Assembly (NCBI RefSeq): GCF_040222615.1
Contig: NZ_JAVKCQ010000019.1
Location: 21,979 to 85,978, forward strand
DNA length: 64,000 bases
Direction: 5' to 3'
Source: Haliea sp.
Lineage (GTDB): Bacteria > Pseudomonadota > Gammaproteobacteria > Pseudomonadales > Halieaceae
A model generated the notes under the pieces. The model was not told where the DNA came from. It made no database searches and was given only the letters and a program-made list of their open reading frames with translations. Each line of letters begins with the position of its first letter. Positions within the stretch are counted from its first letter, which is position 1. The position numbers and the translations under genes were made by a program. Shown piece by piece: positions 9,093 to 17,189 of this stretch.

Positions 9093-11522
9093 ATGAAAAC
9101 CATCCAGAGTTGTTTATTGGCGGGCCTGATTACGGTAGCTGTCAGTGGTAATGCCCAGGCACCCGAAGGCGATCTCGCCAGCCGCGCGGCGGAGCTGAAG
9201 GAATTCGACATCGTCCCTTGCCTGCTGCCGCCCCGGGTGCGACGCCTGGGTGGCATCGTCTACCCCGAGCGGCGCCAGCTGACCCATGTCACCGCGAAGG
9301 TGTGTGAACTCCGGGGCGGTGAGTATACGGCCTATGACCGGGCAACACCGGAAGCCTCGGTCGCGTTTTTCCTGCCGCTCGCTGAGGAGGGGGACCCCGC
9401 CGCACAAACGCGTCTGGGCGAGGTCTACCAGTACCTGTTCGCAGAGCCCCGCTATAACGACGCCATGGTCTGGTACCAGCGAGCGGCTGAACAGGACGAT
9501 GTTACCGCCCTGCGCCGGCTCGCCCACCTGCACGAAAACGGTCTCGGGGTGGAGCGCGACCCGCTGCTGGCAACCAACCTGTGGCGGCAGGCTACCGGGA
9601 TGGGGGACGCGCTGGTGCTGGCCTCGGACGCGGAGGCTGCCAGAACGGCGGCGGAGCAGCGCGTGGAGCAGTTGACCGGCCAGTTGCGCACCCGCAATGC
9701 CGAGGCCGATGCCCTGCGCCTGGAGCTGGCGGACGCCCAGGCCGGGCTCGCGGAGCGGCGCAATGCCCTGCTCGGTGCCTCCGGGGAGGTGGCTGTGCTG
9801 CGCCAGCAACTCGCCCGGGCCCGCGAGCAGCAAGCACCGGATGACAGTGGCCGGGTGGCGGCGCTGGAGCGTGACCTGCGAGAAAAACAGCAGCTGCTTG
9901 AGGATCAGCAGTTCCAGCTGGAAAGTCTGGAAGCGACTCTCGATGCCAGGCAGGCAACCCTGGTGGCCAGTGTGCGCCAGGTAGAGCTGGAAAACCGGCG
10001 CCTGCAGGGTGAGCTTGAGCGAGTATCCGCCATGTCGGAGCTGGAGCTGGCAGAAGCCCGCAACGCGCTGTCCTCGCGTGACCAGGAGGTGGCGGAGCTG
10101 CAGCGCCAGCGCGCCGGGCTGGCTGCGGAAGCGGAAGCCGGGCAGCAGGCGCTCGCCGCCATGGATGCCCAGCTTGCGGCGCTGCGGAATGCGGCCGACA
10201 GCAGCGAGCGGGCCCGGGAGGAGGCCCGCCAGCTGACCGCCGAGCGGCAGCGCCAGGCGGAAGCGCTCGCCGCCAGTCGCGAGCAGATAGCGACATTGCA
10301 GGGCGCCCTGGCCGGCAAGCAGTCGGAGGCAGAGTCCCTGCGGGACGAGCTGGCGACAGCGCTCGATGAACGGCAGAGGGCGGAGGCGAAACTGGCGCAG
10401 ACCGAGTCGGCCCTGGTGCAGTTGCGCCAGCAGGAGTCTGCCGCCAGCGTGGAGAGAGCAAAGCTGCAGAACGCCGTGGCGCTGGCCCGCAGTGAGCGCG
10501 ACCAGCTCGCGGCGGCTGTGGCCGCTGCCGGTAGCGGGGAATCCAGCCGCAGCACGGAGCTGGCGCAGCTGCGCCGGCAACTGGACGAGCGCGACACCCT
10601 GCTCGCCCGGCAGGAATCCAGACTGGCCGAGGTGGACGCGGAGGCCAAGCGTTACCAGCGCGAAGTCGCCCAGCTGCGGGAGCAATGGAGCCTGCAGGTC
10701 GCGACCCGCAGCGTGCTGGAACCCCTGCCGGATACCTCCCGCATCCGTATCCCGGGAGATATCAAGCTGGGCAAGTTTTATGCCCTGGTCATCGGCAACA
10801 ACAACTATCAGCATCTGCGCCAGCTCACGTTCGCCCACAATGATGCCAGTGCCGTACACGAGGTGTTGACCCAGCGTTACCGGTTCCAGTCAGAGCTGCT
10901 GCTGGACGCCACCCGTGGCGACATCTTCCGCCGGGTGGACGCGCTGAAGGAGACTCTCAAGCCAGAGGATTCCCTGCTGATCTACTACGCCGGGCACGGC
11001 TCGGAGGATGGCACTGACAGTTACTGGATGGGTGTCGACGCGACCTCGGCCTCACCCGGCGCCCAGGAAATGTACGGCGTCTCCAGCAGTGCCCTGGCGC
11101 GCTGGCTGGCGCTGTTGCCCGCCAACCATGTGCTGGTGATCGCTGACTCCTGTTATTCGGGGCGCGGCATAGTCACTTCCGGAGGCATCAAGCTGCGGCA
11201 GGACGAAATCGAACAGAACCTGAAGTTTTACCTGCAGAACCGCGCCCGCACGGTACTGACCTCCGGTGGCGTCGTGCCGGTGCCGGACGGCGGTGCGGGT
11301 AACCATTCGGTGTTTACCAAGGCCCTGGTGGGTTTGCTCAACCAGAACACGGGTGTCCTGTTCGACAATGACCTCTATGCCCACATGAAGGAACGCGTGC
11401 GGCATGGCACGGAGTCCAACATGGCCGTTCCGGAGCCGATTTTCGGCCGGATCGAGATCAATAACGGTCACGGCTCCGGGCAGTTTGCCTTCCTGCACCC
11501 GAACCTCGTGGGGCGGCGTTAG
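9093..11522 (+). CDS. Exported Sel1-repeat / coiled-coil / peptidase C14 (caspase-like) protein
   Basis: RBS AGGAGG before ATG 9093, signal-like MKTIQSCLLAGLITVAVSGNA|Q, two Sel1 repeats, long heptad coiled coil, C14 domain with YALVIGNNNY, YYAGHG and ADSCYSG (His/Cys dyad). Confidence 0.88.
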   Translation: MKTIQSCLLAGLITVAVSGNAQAPEGDLASRAAELKEFDIVPCLLPPRVRRLGGIVYPERRQLTHVTAKVCELRGGEYTAYDRATPEASVAFFLPLAEEGDPAAQTRLGEVYQYLFAEPRYNDAMVWYQRAAEQDDVTALRRLAHLHENGLGVERDPLLATNLWRQATGMGDALVLASDAEAARTAAEQRVEQLTGQLRTRNAEADALRLELADAQAGLAERRNALLGASGEVAVLRQQLARAREQQAPDDSGRVAALERDLREKQQLLEDQQFQLESLEATLDARQATLVASVRQVELENRRLQGELERVSAMSELELAEARNALSSRDQEVAELQRQRAGLAAEAEAGQQALAAMDAQLAALRNAADSSERAREEARQLTAERQRQAEALAASREQIATLQGALAGKQSEAESLRDELATALDERQRAEAKLAQTESALVQLRQQESAASVERAKLQNAVALARSERDQLAAAVAAAGSGESSRSTELAQLRRQLDERDTLLARQESRLAEVDAEAKRYQREVAQLREQWSLQVATRSVLEPLPDTSRIRIPGDIKLGKFYALVIGNNNYQHLRQLTFAHNDASAVHEVLTQRYRFQSELLLDATRGDIFRRVDALKETLKPEDSLLIYYAGHGSEDGTDSYWMGVDATSASPGAQEMYGVSSSALARWLALLPANHVLVIADSCYSGRGIVTSGGIKLRQDEIEQNLKFYLQNRARTVLTSGGVVPVPDGGAGNHSVFTKALVGLLNQNTGVLFDNDLYAHMKERVRHGTESNMAVPEPIFGRIEINNGHGSGQFAFLHPNLVGRR

Positions 11523-11576
11523 GCCGGGTTCAGGCCTCGCCCTGGTGCGGCAGAAGCTGTACCCGGGCGGTTGAGC

Positions 11577-12077
11577 TCAACCGGGCATACTGTTGCCGGC
11601 CCACACCACCTTTTCATACTCTCCGGAGAAATCCTTGATCAGGGCCGAGCGTACGAGGAACTGACTGGCGGTGATCAGCCAGTGGCCGTCGATCCGCTGG
11701 AATTCATCGAAATAGTGGCCGCCGAGTTGTACGCTGGTCTTGTCCCGGGTGTTGATGCTGTGAAAACGCAGCCCCACTCGCGCAGTTGCCGAGTCCGGTC
11801 CGGTCAGGTCGACAATCATGTTCTCTGCGTGATGCATGTCCACGATGTGGTCGTGGCAGCCGAGCTCGACAAAAACGGCGACAAAGTCCTCCCGGGTCCC
11901 GAACTGGCCGATATGGCCAAAGTTGATTGCAATGGAGCCGGGAGCGAAGCAGTCCCGCACCACCTCCGGCTGTTTGTCGTCGCAGGCGTTGAGGTAGCGG
12001 AACTTCAGGGTACGAATGGCTTCCTTGTCCTGCAGTGCGCGGATCTGCGCCGCGAGTTCCTGATCCTTTTCTTGCAT
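11577..12077 (-). CDS. NTF2-like (SnoaL/BaiE/LinA-type) protein
   Basis: L.DKEAIRTLKFRYLNACD, HH..N..V...G.D.A, GHY.DEF.RIDG.W.I motifs. 166 aa. Confidence 0.85.
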   Translation of the reverse strand: MQEKDQELAAQIRALQDKEAIRTLKFRYLNACDDKQPEVVRDCFAPGSIAINFGHIGQFGTREDFVAVFVELGCHDHIVDMHHAENMIVDLTGPDSATARVGLRFHSINTRDKTSVQLGGHYFDEFQRIDGHWLITASQFLVRSALIKDFSGEYEKVVWAGNSMPG

Positions 12078-12126
12078 GGGTGGTTTCCTTGGCAGAAGTT
12101 TCGGGTTTGCAGTTTAACGCCCCGGA

Positions 12127-13173
12127 TCAAACCGGCAGCATGACCTTCGCCGGCGCGCCGGCGACTTCCCGCACCAGTCGCGGGACCAGATAACCCGGCA
12201 GTGTCGCGCTGATCTCCCGGTGCAGTGCCCGGGCCCGCTCGGCGCTGACCTCGAAGTGCGCGGCACCCGTTACCCGGTCCAGGAGGTGCAGGTAGTAGGG
12301 CAGCGCACCGGCCTCGAACAGGCGCTCGCTGAGCCGGGACAGTGCAGTTGCGCTGTCGTTGATCCCGGACAGCAGCACCGCCTGGTTCAGCAGGGTCATG
12401 CCGTGTTGGCGGATCATGGCAAAGGCGCCCGCCACCTCGCTGTCAATCTCATTGCCATGGTTGCAGTGCACCACGATCACGGTTTTGAGCTGCGGGCTGG
12501 ACAGGGCGTCCAGCAGTTCCGGCGTGACCCGCTGCGGGATGACCACTGGCAGCCTGGTGTGCACGCGCAGTCGCCTGACATGGGGAATCGTGGCCAGCTG
12601 CGCTACCAGCTCTGCCAGCTGGGTATCGCCGGCAACGAGCGGGTCACCGCCGCTGAGGATCACTTCACTGATACTGGGGTCGCGCCTGATGTAGTCCAGC
12701 GCCGATGACCATTCGCTGCGGCTGTTCTGGTTGTCCGCGTAGGGAAAGTGGCGTCGGAAACAGTAGCGACAGTGAATGGCGCAGCTGCCGGTAACCAGCA
12801 GCAGCAGCCGTCCGCGATACTTGTGGATAATGCCGGGGTGCGGATTGGCCGCGCCGATTTCCCCGGTGGGGTCCGGGCCAAAGCCAGGCGCCGGCTGCAG
12901 CTCCCTGACCCCGGCCAGCACCTGCAGCAGCAGGGGGTCCCGGGGGTCGCCGGGAACCATGCGGGTGACAAAAGCCCTCGGTACCCGCAGGGGGAACTGC
13001 CGGGCGGCATCGTCGCTCCAGCCAAGTTGTTCCGGCTGCAGCTGCAGGGCCTGGCACAGCGCGGCCGGGGAGGTTACCAGGTCGCGCATGGCTGCGCGCC
13101 AACCCTGTTCCGGGTCCGCCGGGGCAGAGGCAATGGTGATTTGCGGCTTGTTAAGGCTGCGGATGGCGGTCAT
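12127..13173 (-). CDS. epmB: EF-P beta-lysylation protein EpmB (KamA-type lysine 2,3-aminomutase, radical SAM)
   Basis: FPLRVPRAF, DPLLLQVL, HKYRGRLLL, CAIHCRYCFRRHFPY, NQAVLL.GIND, PYYLHLLDRV.GAAHF. Short 348-aa form. Confidence 0.9.
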   Translation of the reverse strand: MTAIRSLNKPQITIASAPADPEQGWRAAMRDLVTSPAALCQALQLQPEQLGWSDDAARQFPLRVPRAFVTRMVPGDPRDPLLLQVLAGVRELQPAPGFGPDPTGEIGAANPHPGIIHKYRGRLLLLVTGSCAIHCRYCFRRHFPYADNQNSRSEWSSALDYIRRDPSISEVILSGGDPLVAGDTQLAELVAQLATIPHVRRLRVHTRLPVVIPQRVTPELLDALSSPQLKTVIVVHCNHGNEIDSEVAGAFAMIRQHGMTLLNQAVLLSGINDSATALSRLSERLFEAGALPYYLHLLDRVTGAAHFEVSAERARALHREISATLPGYLVPRLVREVAGAPAKVMLPV

Positions 13174-13308
13174 GGCTGGCGGTACAGGCCCGGGAGTTGT
13201 TGCCGCCGGTCGCGGCGTGCAGTCGGATAGTGCTCGAACATCAGTGGCGGGTTCCAGTCTTGGGGGCCCCGGCTGGCCTGCAGCTGTAATGCCGGTGCGC
13301 CGGGCGTG

Positions 13309-14592
13309 TCAGCCCAGGCGATCGCGAAGACTGTAGAATAGCATGCCCGCCACGAGTCCGGGCCAGCGCAACAGGGTGCCGCCGGGGAACTGGTGGGAGG
13401 GTACCCCCGCCATGATATCGAAGCGCTCGGCGCTGCCGCTGATGACCTCTGCCAGCAGCTTGCCGGCGAGGGTGGCGATGGGCACACCGTGGCCGGAATA
13501 GCCGTGGGCGTAGAATACCCGCGACGACAGGCGCCCAAAGTCCGGCATCCGGTTCATGGTGATGGCCAGCGTGCCGCCCCAGCCATAGTCGATGCGGGTG
13601 TTGGCCAGCTCGGGATAGATGCGCAGCATGTACTTGCGGACGAAACCCTTGATGTCGGCTGGAAAGCGACGGGTGTAGGACTCGCCGCCGCCAAACAGCA
13701 GGCGGTTGTCGGCGGACAGCTTCCAGTAGTTGACCACGAACAGGGTGTCGGTCATCGAGGTGTCGTCGCGGATCAGCTGCCGCGCCAGCGCCTCGGGCAG
13801 TGGTTCCGTAGCCAGCATGTAGTTGTTGATCGGCATGATTCTGCCGGCGGTGCGCGGTTCCAGCTTTTCCAGGTAGCCGTTGCAGGCTACCACCAGGTAA
13901 TCGCAGGTCACGGCGCCGTTACCGGTCTTGACGGTGACCTTGTCGCCCTCGCGGTAGCCGGTCACCCGGCTGCCCTCGTGCAGTTGTGCGCCCAGGTCCC
14001 GCGCCGCGCGCGCCAGCCCGAGGGCATAGTTGAGCGGGTGCAGGTGGCGCGCGCCAGCGTCGAGCGAGGCGCCGTGGAATCCCTGGCCGGAGGTCATGGT
14101 CGCCAGTTCCGCGCGGTCGACATAGCGGATCTGGTCGTAGCCATAAACGCTGTTCAGCTGCTCGACCTCCTCCCTCAGCTCCCGGGCATCGCCGGCTTTT
14201 GACGCCACGTGCAGATTGCCCTGCTTCAGCTCACAATCGATCCGGTGGCTGGCAATCAGTTCGCAAACAGTGTCCACGGCCTCCAGGCCGAGTTGCCAGA
14301 GCGCCTGCGCATGCTCCAGTCCCACCCACTTTTCCAGTTGCTGCTGGCCCGCACGCTGGCCGGTGCCAACGTGGCCGCCGTTGCGCCCGGACGCGCCCCA
14401 GCCGACCCTGTTTGCTTCCAGCAGGACGACGCTGTAGCCGCGCTGGCGCAGGTGGATGGCCGTGGAGAGCCCGGTGTAGCCGCCCCCCACAATGCAGACG
14501 TCAGCCTTGCTGGTGCCGGCCAGCGCCGGGAACTCCAGCTGCTGGTTGGCGGTGGCTGCGTACCAGGATTCGACGTGGGCTTGGTTTTCCAT
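13309..14592 (-). CDS. puuB: FAD-dependent oxidoreductase, gamma-glutamylputrescine oxidase-like (PuuB)
   Basis: SWYAATA N-terminus, GGGYTG, GASGRNGG, GYSGHGV. Divergent from a puuA-like gene. Start taken at MENQAH. Confidence 0.78.
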   Translation of the reverse strand: MENQAHVESWYAATANQQLEFPALAGTSKADVCIVGGGYTGLSTAIHLRQRGYSVVLLEANRVGWGASGRNGGHVGTGQRAGQQQLEKWVGLEHAQALWQLGLEAVDTVCELIASHRIDCELKQGNLHVASKAGDARELREEVEQLNSVYGYDQIRYVDRAELATMTSGQGFHGASLDAGARHLHPLNYALGLARAARDLGAQLHEGSRVTGYREGDKVTVKTGNGAVTCDYLVVACNGYLEKLEPRTAGRIMPINNYMLATEPLPEALARQLIRDDTSMTDTLFVVNYWKLSADNRLLFGGGESYTRRFPADIKGFVRKYMLRIYPELANTRIDYGWGGTLAITMNRMPDFGRLSSRVFYAHGYSGHGVPIATLAGKLLAEVISGSAERFDIMAGVPSHQFPGGTLLRWPGLVAGMLFYSLRDRLG

Positions 14593-14707
14593 GCGGGCAT
14601 TATACGGACGCGCTTGCCATCTGCTGCATAACACGTTAGGGGTAGCCCCCTTGCGGCCTGAATTGCACTGCTGCGATACTGACTGCTTCCCGCGTTGTGG
14701 ATCCCGT

Positions 14708-16057
14708 ATGAAAACCGATACCCAAGCCATTCAAGAGTGGCTCAAGCAGCACAAGATTTCCGAAGTGGAGTGCCTGGTTCCCGATATGACGGGCAACGCC
14801 CGCGGCAAGTTCATCCCGGCGCACCAGTTTCTCAGCATGGGGGATCCGAAGCTGCCGGAAAGCATCATGATCCAGACGGTTACCGGGGAATACTCCGACG
14901 AGCACTGGGATTTCGTCGAGCCAACCGACGCCGACATGATCCTGAAGCCTGACCTGGATACCTTGCGCGTGGTGCCCTGGGCCCGCGAACCCACCGCCCA
15001 GATCATCCACGACTGTTACAAGATGAACGGGGAGCGGCACCCCCTGTCCACCCGCAACGTCCTGCGGCACATCCTTGATCTTTACGCGGCCGAGGGTTTG
15101 CAGCCGGTGGTGGCGCCGGAAGTGGAGTTTTACCTGGTGGCCAAGAACACCGACCCGGACTACGAGCTGATGCCGCCCAAGGGCCGCTCGGGTCGCCGGG
15201 AGTCGGCGCGGCTGTCCTACAGTATCGATGCGGTCGCCGAGTTCGAGGACTTCGTGGAGGACATGTACGACTACGCGGATGAGCAGAAGCTGCAGGTCGA
15301 CACCCTGATTCACGAGAACGGCGCCGCCCAGATGGAGATCAATTTCCTCCACGGCGATGCCATGAGCCTGGCCGACCAGGTCTTCGTGTTCAAGCGCACG
15401 GTGCGGGAGACCGCCCACAAGCACGGCATGTACGCCACCTTCATGGCCAAGCCCATGCAGCGCGAGCCCGGCAGCGCCATGCACATCCACCAGAGTGTGG
15501 TCCGGGTGGATACCGGCGAGAACATTTTCGCCGAAAAGGATGGCACCCACACGCCGGCCTTCCTGTCCTATATTGCCGGCCTGCAGCGCTACACGCCGGA
15601 GCTGATCAGCCTGTATGCGCCCAACGTGAATTCCTATCGTCGCCTGGCCCCGGAAATCTCCGCGCCCATCAATCTCAATTGGGGCATGGACAACCGCACG
15701 ACCGCGTTCCGGGTGCCCTGGGGGCCGCCGGAGGCTACCCGGGTGGAGAACCGCTTCCCCGGCGCTGACGCCAACCCCTACCTGGCCATTGCGGCCACCC
15801 TGGCCAGCGGCTATCTGGGCATGAAGCAGGGCTTGACGCCAACCCAGCCGCACCAGGGCACGGCCAATGAAGATGATGTCGAGGTGGCGCGAACGCTGGA
15901 GGAAGGGCTGCGCAACCTGCACAATACGCCCGAGCTGCAGGACATGATCGGCGACCTGTTCCTGCGCGCCTATGCGGCGGTGAAGCTGGACGAGTTCGAG
16001 GAGTTCAACCGCGTCATCAGTTCCTGGGAGCGCGAGCACCTGCTGCTGCAGGTCTAG
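14708..16057 (+). CDS. Glutamine synthetase-family protein, gamma-glutamylputrescine synthetase-like (PuuA/SpuI)
   Basis: VECLVPDMTGNARGK, APEVEFY, HENGAAQMEINF, FMAKP...PGSAMHIHQS, ENRFPGADANPY. Confidence 0.88.
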   Translation: MKTDTQAIQEWLKQHKISEVECLVPDMTGNARGKFIPAHQFLSMGDPKLPESIMIQTVTGEYSDEHWDFVEPTDADMILKPDLDTLRVVPWAREPTAQIIHDCYKMNGERHPLSTRNVLRHILDLYAAEGLQPVVAPEVEFYLVAKNTDPDYELMPPKGRSGRRESARLSYSIDAVAEFEDFVEDMYDYADEQKLQVDTLIHENGAAQMEINFLHGDAMSLADQVFVFKRTVRETAHKHGMYATFMAKPMQREPGSAMHIHQSVVRVDTGENIFAEKDGTHTPAFLSYIAGLQRYTPELISLYAPNVNSYRRLAPEISAPINLNWGMDNRTTAFRVPWGPPEATRVENRFPGADANPYLAIAATLASGYLGMKQGLTPTQPHQGTANEDDVEVARTLEEGLRNLHNTPELQDMIGDLFLRAYAAVKLDEFEEFNRVISSWEREHLLLQV

Positions 16058-16070
16058 GGGGGGCCAGGAC

Positions 16071-16913
16071 ATGGTGGCGAACGGCAATATCTTTGGCAGT
16101 GACCGACGCTACCAGCTGTTCACTGCGGTCAAGTACCTTACCTTTGTCCTGCTCGGCATCAACGCCTACCTGTTCCTGCAGGAGGAGTTGCTGACGCTTT
16201 CCCACATGGGTGGCGGGGCCATTCCCTGGAGTCATCTGGTGCAGGTGTTCTCCGCCACCATCGATCCCGCCGCCTGGGTTGTGCTGTTGCTGCTGTTCGA
16301 GCTGGAGACCTCGGTCCTCGACGATCGCCGGATTCACGGGCCCGTGCGCTGGGCTCTGCACGGGATCCGGGGCCTGTGCGTCATCGCCATCGTCTACGCC
16401 TTCACCGGCTATTACGCGGAGGTGGGCCCCCTCTACGATGTCATCCCCTTCGCCGTGAACGCGTGTGCGCTGGTGGACCAGTCATGGTCGCTGCTGGTCA
16501 GCCTGGATGATTTTGCACCCCTGGATGCGGCCAGTTGCGCATCTCTGGGGAGTGAGGTCTACCAGCTGCAGGGGTTCAACGTTCTCGCCGCTGCCGACAA
16601 TCTCGAAGCTGCCCGGCGCCTGGCCTGGGTCGACGTGGTCAACGCCGGCGTCTGGATCCTGGTGGTCGTCGTGCTGGAGATTGAGGTGCGGCTGCAGTTG
16701 CGGGGCAGGCTCTCGGCATCCATTCTCGAGCTCAATAAATATCTCAAGGTGGCGCTCTACGGCCTGCTGTTTATCGCCGCGGCCTACTGGGGTGTGGCCG
16801 GTGACTTTCTCGATTTCTGGGACGCGTCCCTGTGGTTGTTTGCCTTTATTTTCATTGAGTTGAACGTTTTCGAGTGGCAGTACGAGTCACGCCGGGACGC
16901 CGCGGCGGCCTGA
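16071..16913 (+). CDS. Uncharacterised multi-pass membrane protein
   Basis: Several hydrophobic segments, host-like codon usage, 13 bp after the GS-family gene. Confidence 0.75.
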   Translation: MVANGNIFGSDRRYQLFTAVKYLTFVLLGINAYLFLQEELLTLSHMGGGAIPWSHLVQVFSATIDPAAWVVLLLLFELETSVLDDRRIHGPVRWALHGIRGLCVIAIVYAFTGYYAEVGPLYDVIPFAVNACALVDQSWSLLVSLDDFAPLDAASCASLGSEVYQLQGFNVLAAADNLEAARRLAWVDVVNAGVWILVVVVLEIEVRLQLRGRLSASILELNKYLKVALYGLLFIAAAYWGVAGDFLDFWDASLWLFAFIFIELNVFEWQYESRRDAAAA

Positions 16914-16955
16914 GGCCGCCCATCGCCGGCGGGGCAGCCCCGGCGCCATGGCGGT

Positions 16956-17162
16956 CTAGAAATTCTCGTCCAGCCCGATGTGTTCCACACGGGGATAGGG
17001 TTGCCAGCTGAACACCTGCTGGTGGTCGCAGATCATGCAGCGGTGGTCGATCGCGCCGGTTTTGGGGTCCATGTCGCCGCAGGCAGCCATCATGCCCTTG
17101 CCACAGGCATCGCAGACATAGTTGACTTCGATGGGCCTGACTTCTCGCTTCAGCTCCGGCAT
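16956..17162 (-). CDS. Small zinc-ribbon-like protein (CxxC-x24-CxxC), 68 aa
   Basis: AGGAG RBS 8 nt before ATG; CDAC and CMIC motifs; 28 bp after the radical SAM stop. Confidence 0.75.
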   Translation of the reverse strand: MPELKREVRPIEVNYVCDACGKGMMAACGDMDPKTGAIDHRCMICDHQQVFSWQPYPRVEHIGLDENF

Positions 17163-17189
17163 ATCCGGTACTCCTGGTTTCTGGGCCGC

